This document shows positions 24,239 to 32,000 of a stretch of DNA of 32,000 nt, in pieces. Origin of the DNA: an uncultured Erysipelotrichaceae bacterium (lineage in GTDB: Bacteria > Bacillota_I > Bacilli_A > Erysipelotrichales > Erysipelotrichaceae). The position numbers and the translations under genes are program-made. The stretch covers positions 1,740,001 to 1,772,000 of the forward strand of contig OW818653.1 of assembly GCA_942492995.1 (NCBI GenBank). Reading direction: 5' to 3'. Each line of letters starts with the position of its first letter. Positions within the stretch are counted from its first letter, which is position 1. A model generated the notes under the pieces. That model saw only the letters and a program-made list of their open reading frames with translations, was not told the origin of the DNA and made no database searches.

Positions 24239-25312
24239 ATGAATACAATTCTCGGTTACATCCAAGAAATAGAAAACTCATGTTTAGAGATTATAGAAAA
24301 CAGAAAGAACTTTAGTAAACCATTTGTTGATTATCTAAAAAATAAGAATATTGATGAACTTATTTTTCTTGGATCTGGTACTTCTTGTCATGCAGCGATG
24401 GTCGCAAAACCATTGATTGAAGATGTTTGTAAGTTAAAGGTTGTAACCGGATTTCCTACAATATTCATTAATCAGACAAAGAAGTTGAATAAGAATAGTA
24501 TTGTTATTGGAATTTCACAGAGTGGGAATAGTAGTTCTACAAAGAATGCACTTTCTTATTCTAAAGAGTTAGGTGTAAGCACGATGTTGTTTACATCTAA
24601 CTTAAATAGCTTTATTAAAAGTGAATCAGATGTTGTAATTGAAATTGCTTGTGGAGATGAACGTGCTGTAGCGAAAACTATGGGATACCAAGCAACAATC
24701 GTTACGTTATGGATTTGTGGATTAGAATGGGCTTTACAATCAAATCTTATTAACGAAGTTGAATATCATAAATATATCGAAGAGTTAAAATTGACAGTTT
24801 TGAATATTAATACAATTATTAATCAATCGACTGAATGGTATAAAAGAAATGAATCTGAATTATTACATGCAAATCATTATATGGTTGTTGGTTGTGAGTC
24901 TCAATATGGGAATGTTCTTGAAGGCGCTTTAAAGTTAGTTGAAACGGTGAGAATACCAGTAGCTGGATATGAGTTAGAAGAATTTATGCATGGTATTTAC
25001 AATGCGATTAAAGAAAATTCGTATTTAATTTATATTGGACATTCTAGTAAGTACTTAGAACGTATGTTAAAACTCAAGAATTATTTAAGTAAAAAGACAG
25101 AGTATCAATATCTAATCTCAAAGAAACATGAAATAGAAGTAAGTGTTAGAGATTGTAATTTAGATTTCGTTGATAATAAATACTTTTGCGGAATAGAATA
25201 TATTGTACCATTTCAAATAATCTGTCATTATTTACCTATATCAAAGGGAATTGATCCTTTTATATCAGGTGACCCTAATTTTCATAAATCATTAAGTAGT
25301 AAAATAGTTTAA
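24239..25312 (+). CDS. Double-SIS-domain sugar-amine phosphate deglycase/deaminase-isomerase (FrlB/GfrF/AgaS-like)
   Basis: 357 aa. The first SIS domain is FLGSGTSCHAAMVAKP...GISQSGNSSST and a second is MVVGCESQYGNVLEGALKLVET. It starts 1 nt after the EIID stop. Confidence 0.8.
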   Translation: MNTILGYIQEIENSCLEIIENRKNFSKPFVDYLKNKNIDELIFLGSGTSCHAAMVAKPLIEDVCKLKVVTGFPTIFINQTKKLNKNSIVIGISQSGNSSSTKNALSYSKELGVSTMLFTSNLNSFIKSESDVVIEIACGDERAVAKTMGYQATIVTLWICGLEWALQSNLINEVEYHKYIEELKLTVLNINTIINQSTEWYKRNESELLHANHYMVVGCESQYGNVLEGALKLVETVRIPVAGYELEEFMHGIYNAIKENSYLIYIGHSSKYLERMLKLKNYLSKKTEYQYLISKKHEIEVSVRDCNLDFVDNKYFCGIEYIVPFQIICHYLPISKGIDPFISGDPNFHKSLSSKIV

Positions 25313-25319
25313 TGTGATT

Positions 25320-25352
25320 GTCCACCACCGTGCTTAATTTTAAGTGGTGGAC
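25320..25352 (+). other. Intercistronic 9-bp GC-rich hairpin (weak terminator/attenuator)
   Basis: gtccaccac (25320-25328) pairs with gtggtggac (25344-25352), followed only by attt. Confidence 0.4.
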
Positions 25353-25380
25353 ATTTAACATATAGAAAAGGATTTGCAAA

Positions 25381-26103
25381 ATGGATTCTATAGATAAACC
25401 ACTCTATAAACAGATTGAAGACTTTGTTTTAGATCAAATTGATAAAGGTGTATACACCGAAGGTGAAGCAATACCAACTGAGGTTGAGTTCTGTAAGCTT
25501 TTTAACACAAGTCGTGCAACTGTAAATAAAGCATTGAACATTTTAGCGTACAATGGAGTAATTTATCGTACAGCTGGAAAAGGTACATTTGTTCGTATGT
25601 ATTCTGTAGATAAGCAAATGAAAAAGCTTATGGGCTTTACAGAACAAATGAAGATGATGAATGTTGAATCTTCTACAGAAATAATCGGTTATTCAAGGGT
25701 TAAAGCGGATCGACTTCCTAAAGTAAAAGAAATTTTTAAATTAGAGAATGACGATTTTATTCATAAGATTGAAAGAATTCGTTATGTTGAGAAAGATCCT
25801 ATTGCTGTTGAGTGTATTCACATAAATCCTAAAGTAGTTGGTAATTTAAATGTTGAAGATATCCAAGGTTCATTATATAAGTTCATTGAAGATATGTTAG
25901 GTGTAAAAATCGGTTCTTCTACCTTTGTTATTTCAGCAATTATTGCTAATGATGAGATTAAAAAAATGTTTCCATGTGAAGTTGATGTTCCAATTTTAAA
26001 ATACGAACAAGAGACTTTTCTCTTGAATGGACAGCTTTTTGAATTTAATGAAATATATTATTTGTCTAATAAATATCAATATAAAGGAAGTAACTTTCGG
26101 TAA
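25381..26103 (+). CDS. GntR-family regulator, HutC subfamily (wHTH + UTRA)
   Basis: 240 aa. PLYKQIEDFVLDQIDKGVYTEGEAIPTEVEFCKLFNTSRATVNKALNILAYNGVIYRTAGKGTFV is the GntR wHTH. The C-terminal part has UTRA-like length. Confidence 0.85.
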   Translation: MDSIDKPLYKQIEDFVLDQIDKGVYTEGEAIPTEVEFCKLFNTSRATVNKALNILAYNGVIYRTAGKGTFVRMYSVDKQMKKLMGFTEQMKMMNVESSTEIIGYSRVKADRLPKVKEIFKLENDDFIHKIERIRYVEKDPIAVECIHINPKVVGNLNVEDIQGSLYKFIEDMLGVKIGSSTFVISAIIANDEIKKMFPCEVDVPILKYEQETFLLNGQLFEFNEIYYLSNKYQYKGSNFR

Positions 26104-26108
26104 AATTT

Positions 26109-26555
26109 ATGACTGAACAGAAGTTCGTTGAATATTTGAATCCAAAAGATGGGAAGACTTATTTAGTAACAGAAAAAGAATCGCGTGAAATTAGATTGTT
26201 TTCTGTTCGTTTCCTATTCGTATTATCGTTCGCATTAGTTTTATATCTAACTAATTATTTTCAATTAATTTATATCGTTATTTTTTCGATTTTGACTGTT
26301 CTAGTTTTAGAAGTAATGAATTTTAGATTCAGAGTTAAACTTTTCTCATTAAGGTTTCCAACGAAGTCAGATAGTAAGAAAATAGAAAAAACAAAATATA
26401 GTTTAATACGATCAATCATTTATTTCATAATAGGATTAGTAATAATAATATATTCAGTAATTCAATATGGTTTTAAACTAGAAATCTATTCTTTGTTTAT
26501 ATATGCAATTGGACTCTCATTTGTGTTTCAAGCATATAAATTTATGAATAAATAA
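26109..26555 (+). CDS. Hypothetical membrane protein (4 predicted TM)
   Basis: 148-aa ORF with hydrophobic segments, starting 5 nt after the regulator stop. There is no recognisable motif and the SD is weak. Confidence 0.55.
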   Translation: MTEQKFVEYLNPKDGKTYLVTEKESREIRLFSVRFLFVLSFALVLYLTNYFQLIYIVIFSILTVLVLEVMNFRFRVKLFSLRFPTKSDSKKIEKTKYSLIRSIIYFIIGLVIIIYSVIQYGFKLEIYSLFIYAIGLSFVFQAYKFMNK

Positions 26556-26568
26556 AGGAATTAAGAAA

Positions 26569-28176
26569 ATGGAAAATTATCGATATGCAATGAGCAAAAG
26601 AGGCATGGTTTCTTCAGCTCATACTTTAATTTCATCTACAGGGATAAATATTTTAAGAAATAACGGTAATGCGATGGATGCGGCAGTATCTATGGCATTA
26701 ACAGCTTCAGTTGTTTTACCTGATATGTGTGGAATTGGTGGAGATACATTTTTGTTATATTTTGATAAGAAAACAAAAAGTGTATATGCATTGAATGGAA
26801 GCGGTCCTATGGGGTCTGCATATAACAAAGATTTCTATAATAGACTTGGTTATAACATTAATCCAGAACATGGCATTTTATCGATATCAGTACCTGGTTC
26901 CGTTTCTGCGTTAACTCAAGGATTAAATCGATTTGGTAGTATGCAATTTGGTGATTGCGCAAAAGATGCGATTGAATATGCTTCAAATGGTTTTCCAATA
27001 GGAAAGAAAACAAGTGAGTATATTTCTAAAAAAATTGACTTAATTAAAAACTCTAAAGCATTATCAGATATATTTCTTGATCAAGACAATAATGAAAAAT
27101 CTGTGCATAGTGTAGTTAAAAATGAGAAATTAGCCAATACATTAAGAAATATAAGTCAAAATAAGGAAGATTATTTCTACAGTGAGTTATCTAAGATATT
27201 TGTTCCTGAGTTGAATAAATTAGGCGCAAATTTCAATTTAGAAGATTTTACTAATTATAAGGCTGAGTGGGTTGAGCCCATTAAGATTAAATATAGAAAT
27301 CACGATATCTATCAAACGCCTCCAGTAAGTCAAGGTATTATTCACCTTGAAATGCTAAATATTCTGAGTAATTTTGATATGACTAATTATGGAAGAAATT
27401 CATCTGATCAAATACATACAATGGTAGAGTCTAAAAAACTTGCGTTTGATGATAGAATCAAGTATTTTGGTGATCCAAAATTTATCGCTAATCCAATTGA
27501 AGAGATATTATCTAATGAATATTGTCATCAAAGATCACAATTAATATCAAAGATTAAATCAATAAATATTGAAAAAAATCTTTTAAATCACCATGATAAA
27601 CATACAACATCATTAGTTGTTGTAGATTCGCATGGAAATGCTTGTTCATTAATTACTAGTATTAGTGATGCTTTTGGTTCAGGAATTATGGATAATGAGA
27701 CAGGAATCCTTTGGAACAATAGAATTGGCACTAATGCGAATCTTATAGAAAATCATCCCAATTGTGTTGGTTCAGGTAAACGTACAATGAACACATTAAA
27801 TACATATATGATTCTAGATAAAGATGGTAATTGTCGTTACTTAGGGAATACACCAGGTGGGGATAATCAACCTCAATGGAATACACAGATGGTTGTTAAT
27901 TTACTTGATAATAAATTAAATGTCTTAGATTCGATAAATCAACCAATGTGGTATGATTCGCAATCAACCAATCCATTCAATAAATCAATCGAAAATATCC
28001 TCTTTATAGAAAAAGGGATTAATCAAAATGTTGTTGATGAATTAATACAAAAGGGACATAGTGTCAAACTGATTGATCGATGTAATAGTGCTGTTCAACT
28101 AATTGAGATAAGAGAAGATGGTGTTTTATGTGGCGCAACTGATCATAGAGCAGAAGGGGTAGTAATTGGTTACTAA
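26569..28176 (+). CDS. Gamma-glutamyltransferase family (Ntn hydrolase), no signal peptide
   Basis: 535 aa. It has N-terminal GMVSSAHTLISSTGINILRNNGNAMDAAV and the autoprocessing/nucleophile context DKHTTSLVVVDSHGNA. It also has C-terminal TPGGDNQPQ and GATDHRAEG. SD aaagga precedes the ATG. Confidence 0.85.
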   Translation: MENYRYAMSKRGMVSSAHTLISSTGINILRNNGNAMDAAVSMALTASVVLPDMCGIGGDTFLLYFDKKTKSVYALNGSGPMGSAYNKDFYNRLGYNINPEHGILSISVPGSVSALTQGLNRFGSMQFGDCAKDAIEYASNGFPIGKKTSEYISKKIDLIKNSKALSDIFLDQDNNEKSVHSVVKNEKLANTLRNISQNKEDYFYSELSKIFVPELNKLGANFNLEDFTNYKAEWVEPIKIKYRNHDIYQTPPVSQGIIHLEMLNILSNFDMTNYGRNSSDQIHTMVESKKLAFDDRIKYFGDPKFIANPIEEILSNEYCHQRSQLISKIKSINIEKNLLNHHDKHTTSLVVVDSHGNACSLITSISDAFGSGIMDNETGILWNNRIGTNANLIENHPNCVGSGKRTMNTLNTYMILDKDGNCRYLGNTPGGDNQPQWNTQMVVNLLDNKLNVLDSINQPMWYDSQSTNPFNKSIENILFIEKGINQNVVDELIQKGHSVKLIDRCNSAVQLIEIREDGVLCGATDHRAEGVVIGY

Positions 28177-28716
28177 ATGAAATTAATAAGTGAAATATTC
28201 GTATCGTTTTTCAGAATAGGATTATTTACCTTTGGTGGTGGGTATGCGATGCTTCCGATTGCGAAAAAAGAAGTAGTAGATAAAAGAGGATGGATTACAA
28301 ACGAAGAGTTAATCGATTTTTATGGTATTGCTCAAGTAAGTATGGGTATTATAGCGATTAATACATCAGTGTTAATTGGATATAAAGTTAATAAGAAAAT
28401 TGGTGGTATAGTAGCTGGGCTTTCATCTATGTTGCCTTCAATAATTATTATATTAATCATCGCTATATTCATAGAGAATATTCTAAGTTTTCCATTTGTT
28501 ATAAATATGTTCGCAATGATAAGAATTGTTGTTACTGCACTAATAATTAATACGACTATTTCATTAAGTAAGAAAGGTATTACTGATTTGAATGGTGTAT
28601 TTATATTTATTGCATCATTTATACTTATAACCTTTATTGATTTATCTCCAATTTATATCGTGATATTAGCAATCCTAGCCGGTATACTTTTATACCCAAA
28701 GAAGGTGAAATCATGA
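28177..28716 (+). CDS. Short-chain CHR (chromate ion transporter) family protein, partner 1
   Basis: 179 aa. FFRIGLFTFGGGYAMLPI is the CHR signature. It starts directly after the GGT stop. Confidence 0.85.
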   Translation: MKLISEIFVSFFRIGLFTFGGGYAMLPIAKKEVVDKRGWITNEELIDFYGIAQVSMGIIAINTSVLIGYKVNKKIGGIVAGLSSMLPSIIIILIIAIFIENILSFPFVINMFAMIRIVVTALIINTTISLSKKGITDLNGVFIFIASFILITFIDLSPIYIVILAILAGILLYPKKVKS

Positions 28717-29255
28717 TTTATCTAATCTTAGTATTTGAGTTTTTAATTATTGGTACATTTTCTGTAGGCGGAGGCTTAGCGACACTTCCATATCTATATT
28801 CACTTGCGGAAAGATATACATGGTTCAATAAAACTACATTAATTGATATGATCGCAATATCAGAATCAACACCTGGTCCGATTGGTATAAACATGGCAAC
28901 GTTTGCTGGTTATAAAGCTGGAGGTATTCCAGGAGGTATATTAGCAAGTATTGCAGTTGTTGTTACTGGAACAATATTCATGTTAATCATTTCTAAATTC
29001 TTAGATAAATTCAAAGACCATATATTACTTAAAAAAGCATTTTATGGAATTAGACCTATGGTTGCTGCTCTTATAGCTTATGCTGGATACGAGATGTTTA
29101 AAATCACAATCCTTAATGGTGATGCACTTAATTTAAACTTTGTTGCTTTGGGAATATTTGTAGTAACTTCTATTATTTTGATGAAAACTAAAATATCACC
29201 TATTCTTCTGATATTGTTTGCGGCTATTTTAGGAATATTTATACCAGTTGTTTAA
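28713..29255 (+). CDS. Short-chain CHR family protein, partner 2
   Basis: 180 aa with IGTFSVGGGLATLPYL. It shares an ATGA overlap with partner 1. Confidence 0.85.
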   Translation: MIYLILVFEFLIIGTFSVGGGLATLPYLYSLAERYTWFNKTTLIDMIAISESTPGPIGINMATFAGYKAGGIPGGILASIAVVVTGTIFMLIISKFLDKFKDHILLKKAFYGIRPMVAALIAYAGYEMFKITILNGDALNLNFVALGIFVVTSIILMKTKISPILLILFAAILGIFIPVV

Positions 29256-29278
29256 TCTTGGAAAAGTGTGTGTAAAAC

Positions 29279-29316
29279 AAAAATAGATCAGTCTCAGGAG
29301 GATTGATCTATTTTTG
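29279..29316 (+). terminator. Terminator after the CHR pair
   Basis: aaatagatca (29281-29290) pairs with tgatctattt (29304-29313), followed by tt. Confidence 0.7.
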
Positions 29317-29465
29317 TGATACTACTATTAGGAAGTAAAATTGAGGGGATACTTCCTATATGTAATATCGTACATCTATGAGAAAACTTTAGAAATTTCA
29401 GATTAATTCTAAAGCACTTTAATTGTAGCGAGTACGGATAATTACACAAGGAATGTAAACATAAT

Positions 29466-29489
29466 TAAAAAAAGCCCTCTTTTAGGGCT
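29466..29489 (-). terminator. Terminator of the minus-strand PTS operon
   Basis: The minus strand reads agccct-aaaag-agggct followed by ttttttt. Confidence 0.65.
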
Positions 29490-29523
29490 AAATGAGATTT
29501 ATGTGCATTTAATTATACATTTA

Positions 29524-30042
29524 TTATTTTTTAACAGTTTTTAAAATCAAATTCGAATTATCGATTTCTTTTAATGTTTCGACATGTGTGATTTCAAAAT
29601 CATTTGAGTTAGTAACAATCACAGGAGTTGTAACTTTATATCCTAAAGTAATTAATTTCTTAAGATCAAATGTTATTATTGGATCACCTTTTTTAACAAT
29701 TTTACCTTCAGTTACTAATGCTTTAAAGTGTTTACCTTTTAAATTAACAGTATCTATCCCAATATGAATAAGTACTTCTAATCCGTTAAGGTTAGTTAAT
29801 CCTATCGCATGTAAAGTAGGAAATAACATTGTGATCGTACCGTCCATTGGTGCATACACTGTATTATCAATGGGCTCAATCGCAAATCCTTTTCCAAGAA
29901 TTCCACTCGAAAAAGTTTTATCATCAACTCGGTTTAATTCTATAAAGTTTCCTTCTAGAGGCGAATAAATATCAACTTGATTTGAGATTTCACTTTCTAT
30001 TTTCTTTTCATTAAAAAGTGTATTTAATATATTTTTGAACAT
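29524..30042 (-). CDS. PTS glucose-family EIIA component (Crr-like)
   Basis: 172 aa and collinear with E. coli Crr as I remember it (FSSGILGKGFAIEP, APMDGTI, LHAIGL, VLIHIGIDTVNLKG). SD aaggag precedes the ATG. Confidence 0.85.
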   Translation of the reverse strand: MFKNILNTLFNEKKIESEISNQVDIYSPLEGNFIELNRVDDKTFSSGILGKGFAIEPIDNTVYAPMDGTITMLFPTLHAIGLTNLNGLEVLIHIGIDTVNLKGKHFKALVTEGKIVKKGDPIITFDLKKLITLGYKVTTPVIVTNSNDFEITHVETLKEIDNSNLILKTVKK

Positions 30043-30067
30043 AGAATAATTCTCCTTAAATAAATAG

Positions 30068-30910
30068 TTATACTTTGTATTGTAAGATGAATTCGTTTAA
30101 TCTCTTTGTAGAATAAAGAATGAGTGTTTCTTTGTAATAATGCTTGAAACCCGACATATTCGCAAAACTAGATAATGGTTCGTCATTAGAATGATTTATA
30201 CGCAAATCTAATACATTGTCGATTAAATCTTGAATGAATGTTACTGGGATGTTGTATTCTCCATGCCCTGGGAAAATCGAGGAAAATAGATGAACTTTTG
30301 ATTGAAGTTTTCTAAGTGAATTTAGATAAACAAATAATGGTTCTTGGTTATCCATCATATAATAAACATTATATTTCATGACTGAATCACCGGTAAATAG
30401 ATGTCCGTTTTTTGGATCATACAATGCGATAGAACCACTTGAATGGCCAGGGATCGATATTACTTCAATCTTTCGATCACCTAGATCAAATATATATCCA
30501 TCATCTATCAATGTATACTTTGTATCAAAAATTGAGTGTTTGAAATAATCCTCAATATCCATTTCGTCTTTAAGTTTAGAATTTGGTTTATTTAAGCGAT
30601 AATTTAATTGTTCAGTTTTATAGTCTAATCTGTCATTTTCTGCAAGATTCTTATAATCATAAGTAGAAATATGAACTTCATCGAATAAGAAGTTACCAGA
30701 AGCATGGTCTACATCTGAATGACTATCAACAACAAAATAAGGTAAATCAGTTACTTGTTTAATAATGTCTTTAAAATCAGTAAATCCAAATCCTGTATCA
30801 AATAGCAGAGCTTTTTCAGTTCCAATTATTAAATATTTATTAATTGATTGGACATCTTTTATACAGTACAAATTATCATCTATTTTAATCAATTCATGGG
30901 TATAACTCAT
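30068..30910 (-). CDS. MBL-fold metallo-hydrolase (variant first metal motif)
   Basis: 280 aa. It has VVDSHSDVDHASGN (HxDxDH in place of HxHxDH), IPGHSSGS, FTGDS and FPGHGE. SD aaaggag precedes the ATG. Confidence 0.8.
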   Translation of the reverse strand: MSYTHELIKIDDNLYCIKDVQSINKYLIIGTEKALLFDTGFGFTDFKDIIKQVTDLPYFVVDSHSDVDHASGNFLFDEVHISTYDYKNLAENDRLDYKTEQLNYRLNKPNSKLKDEMDIEDYFKHSIFDTKYTLIDDGYIFDLGDRKIEVISIPGHSSGSIALYDPKNGHLFTGDSVMKYNVYYMMDNQEPLFVYLNSLRKLQSKVHLFSSIFPGHGEYNIPVTFIQDLIDNVLDLRINHSNDEPLSSFANMSGFKHYYKETLILYSTKRLNEFILQYKV

Positions 30911-30931
30911 GATTTTTCTCCTTTATAAGAT

Positions 30932-30960
30932 ATCTCCCTATAGAATTTCTATAGGGAGAT
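30932..30960 (-). other. 12-bp perfect hairpin between EIIC and the MBL gene
   Basis: atctccctatag (30932-30943) pairs with ctatagggagat (30949-30960). There is no clear T-run, so it may be a stabiliser or processing site, or a weak terminator. Confidence 0.4.
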
Positions 30961-30973
30961 TATCACACACTAC

Positions 30974-32000
30974 TTATTTATCGTTTTCACCGTATCCAGT
31001 ATCATCAAAGCCTAACATCCATGTAGCAACCATAGTAACAACGATAGTTAGAACAATTGCGCCAATAGCAAAATAGAAGTTATTTGATCCATTAGGGTCA
31101 ATGAAGATAGGAAGAGTAAAGAATGATGGTGCACCGAAGGAATATACTTTAACTCCGAAGATGGCACAATAGATACCATTCACAATACTACCGATGAAGA
31201 CTGCGATTAATGGTTTCTTTAGTTTTAAAGAAATACTATACATTGCAGGTTCACTAATACCAGCTAAGAATGAAGTAATTGCGGTTGAAGCAGATACACC
31301 TTTAAGATTCTTGTTTTTAGTTTTTAGGAATACAGCTGCAGAGACAGCGAATGCGGTAAAGTTAACACCTATAAATGCTGGTAATAATAAGTTATCAAAG
31401 CCTAATGTTTGGAAATTAGTAATAATAATTGGGAGTAATGCTAAATGTGTTCCAGTTAATAATAAGATTGGAGCAATAGCGCCCATAACTAATATTCCAA
31501 GCCAAGGAGCAACATTATAAATCGATGTTAATCCAGATCCAAGGGTTTTACCAAACCAAGTACCAAGAGGACCTGTAACGATTAACATTACTGGTACCAT
31601 TACAAGTACAATCAATAATGGTTTAAATACATATTTAACAGCCGAAGGAACATATTTTTCTACGAATTTTTCAACCCATGACATTGCATAGATTGTTAAG
31701 ATAATTGGAATAAGTGAAGATGAATAGTTTACAAGTGTCATTGGTAAACCAAGTAAAGTAACTGGGGCACCTGTTGTAACAATCGTTAGAATAGTAGGAT
31801 GTAACATAACGCCTGCTAAGAAAATAGCTAATACAGGGCTTGTTTTAAAGCGTAGTGCGGAAGTGTAAGCTAATAGGAATGGTAAGAAGTAAAATGCGAC
31901 GTTTGATACAGCATTGAATACAACGTAGGTATTACTTTCTTTTGATAATCCTAAATAACCAGCAACAATTAATAATGCACTTAGTAAACCACTCGCAATA
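30974..32000 (-). CDS. PTS glucose/beta-glucoside-superfamily EIIC (probably EIIBC), 5' end outside window
   Basis: The frame stays open upstream of the Met at 31807 to the window edge (hand translation ...IASGLLSALLIVAGYLGLSKESNTYVVFNAVSNVAFYFLPFLLAYTSALRFKTSPVLAIFLAGVMLHPT...). The sequence is polytopic and EIIC-like throughout. Confidence 0.8.
   Translation of the reverse strand, partial: IASGLLSALLIVAGYLGLSKESNTYVVFNAVSNVAFYFLPFLLAYTSALRFKTSPVLAIFLAGVMLHPTILTIVTTGAPVTLLGLPMTLVNYSSSLIPIILTIYAMSWVEKFVEKYVPSAVKYVFKPLLIVLVMVPVMLIVTGPLGTWFGKTLGSGLTSIYNVAPWLGILVMGAIAPILLLTGTHLALLPIIITNFQTLGFDNLLLPAFIGVNFTAFAVSAAVFLKTKNKNLKGVSASTAITSFLAGISEPAMYSISLKLKKPLIAVFIGSIVNGIYCAIFGVKVYSFGAPSFFTLPIFIDPNGSNNFYFAIGAIVLTIVVTMVATWMLGFDDTGYGENDK

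Noticed and set aside
28177-29255. The two approximately 180-aa CHR ORFs as a frameshifted chrA pseudogene
   Set aside because: Each half has its own intact CHR signature (FGGGYAMLP / VGGGLATLP) and a start codon with ATGA coupling. Paired short-chain CHR genes are a known natural arrangement in Firmicutes.
1-32000. Search for CRISPR arrays, IS elements/transposases/integrases, prophage genes, tRNA or rRNA genes, and long direct repeats
   Set aside because: Reading both strands, I found no regularly spaced repeats, no recombinase-like ORFs and no tRNA- or rRNA-like sequence. The only long-range similarity is the pair of MFS paralogs. This was a visual scan, so tRNAscan, Infernal or a repeat finder could still reveal short elements.

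Overview
Chromosomal segment of a low-GC Firmicutes-type bacterium, judged from AT-rich codon usage, GGAGG-type ribosome-binding sites and hairpin plus T-run terminators. The taxon cannot be fixed from sequence alone. I support about 38 protein genes. By eye I found no rRNA, tRNA, CRISPR array, transposase or integrase. Left third (1-10.6 kb) is mostly housekeeping: ROK protein (5' truncated), MFS pump, two small membrane proteins, a cobalamin riboswitch driving nrdD-nrdG, an orphan AAA-ATPase/DUF234 gene in a visibly AT-richer patch, a zinc-ribbon-DUF805 / rmuC / DUF898-like operon, and udp. Middle (10.7-20.8 kb) is the most interesting part. An RpiR regulator is flanked by two diverged copies of one MFS permease. 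It sits upstream of a seven-gene operon encoding an AGPS-like FAD-linked oxidase, the second permease, EtfB, EtfA (bifurcating-type motif), a KduD-like SDR, an FGGY kinase and a SurE-family phosphatase. Both promoters of this module carry a cre-like box and a GGAAA-N2-TTTCC element, one of them inside a perfect 19+19 bp palindrome. I do not recognise this gene combination as a described pathway and propose it as an uncharacterised Etf-coupled carbohydrate or polyol catabolic system. Right third (20.9-32 kb) holds a HAD phosphatase, a mannose-family PTS (IIA, IIB, IIC, IID) with a double-SIS deglycase/deaminase-like enzyme and a GntR/HutC regulator, then a membrane protein, a signal-peptide-less gamma-glutamyltransferase and a split CHR transporter pair. 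On the minus strand it ends with a glucose-family PTS EIIC (5' end outside window), an MBL-fold hydrolase with a variant metal motif, and EIIA-Glc. All calls rest on reading the translations and the DNA; no database search or computation was run.
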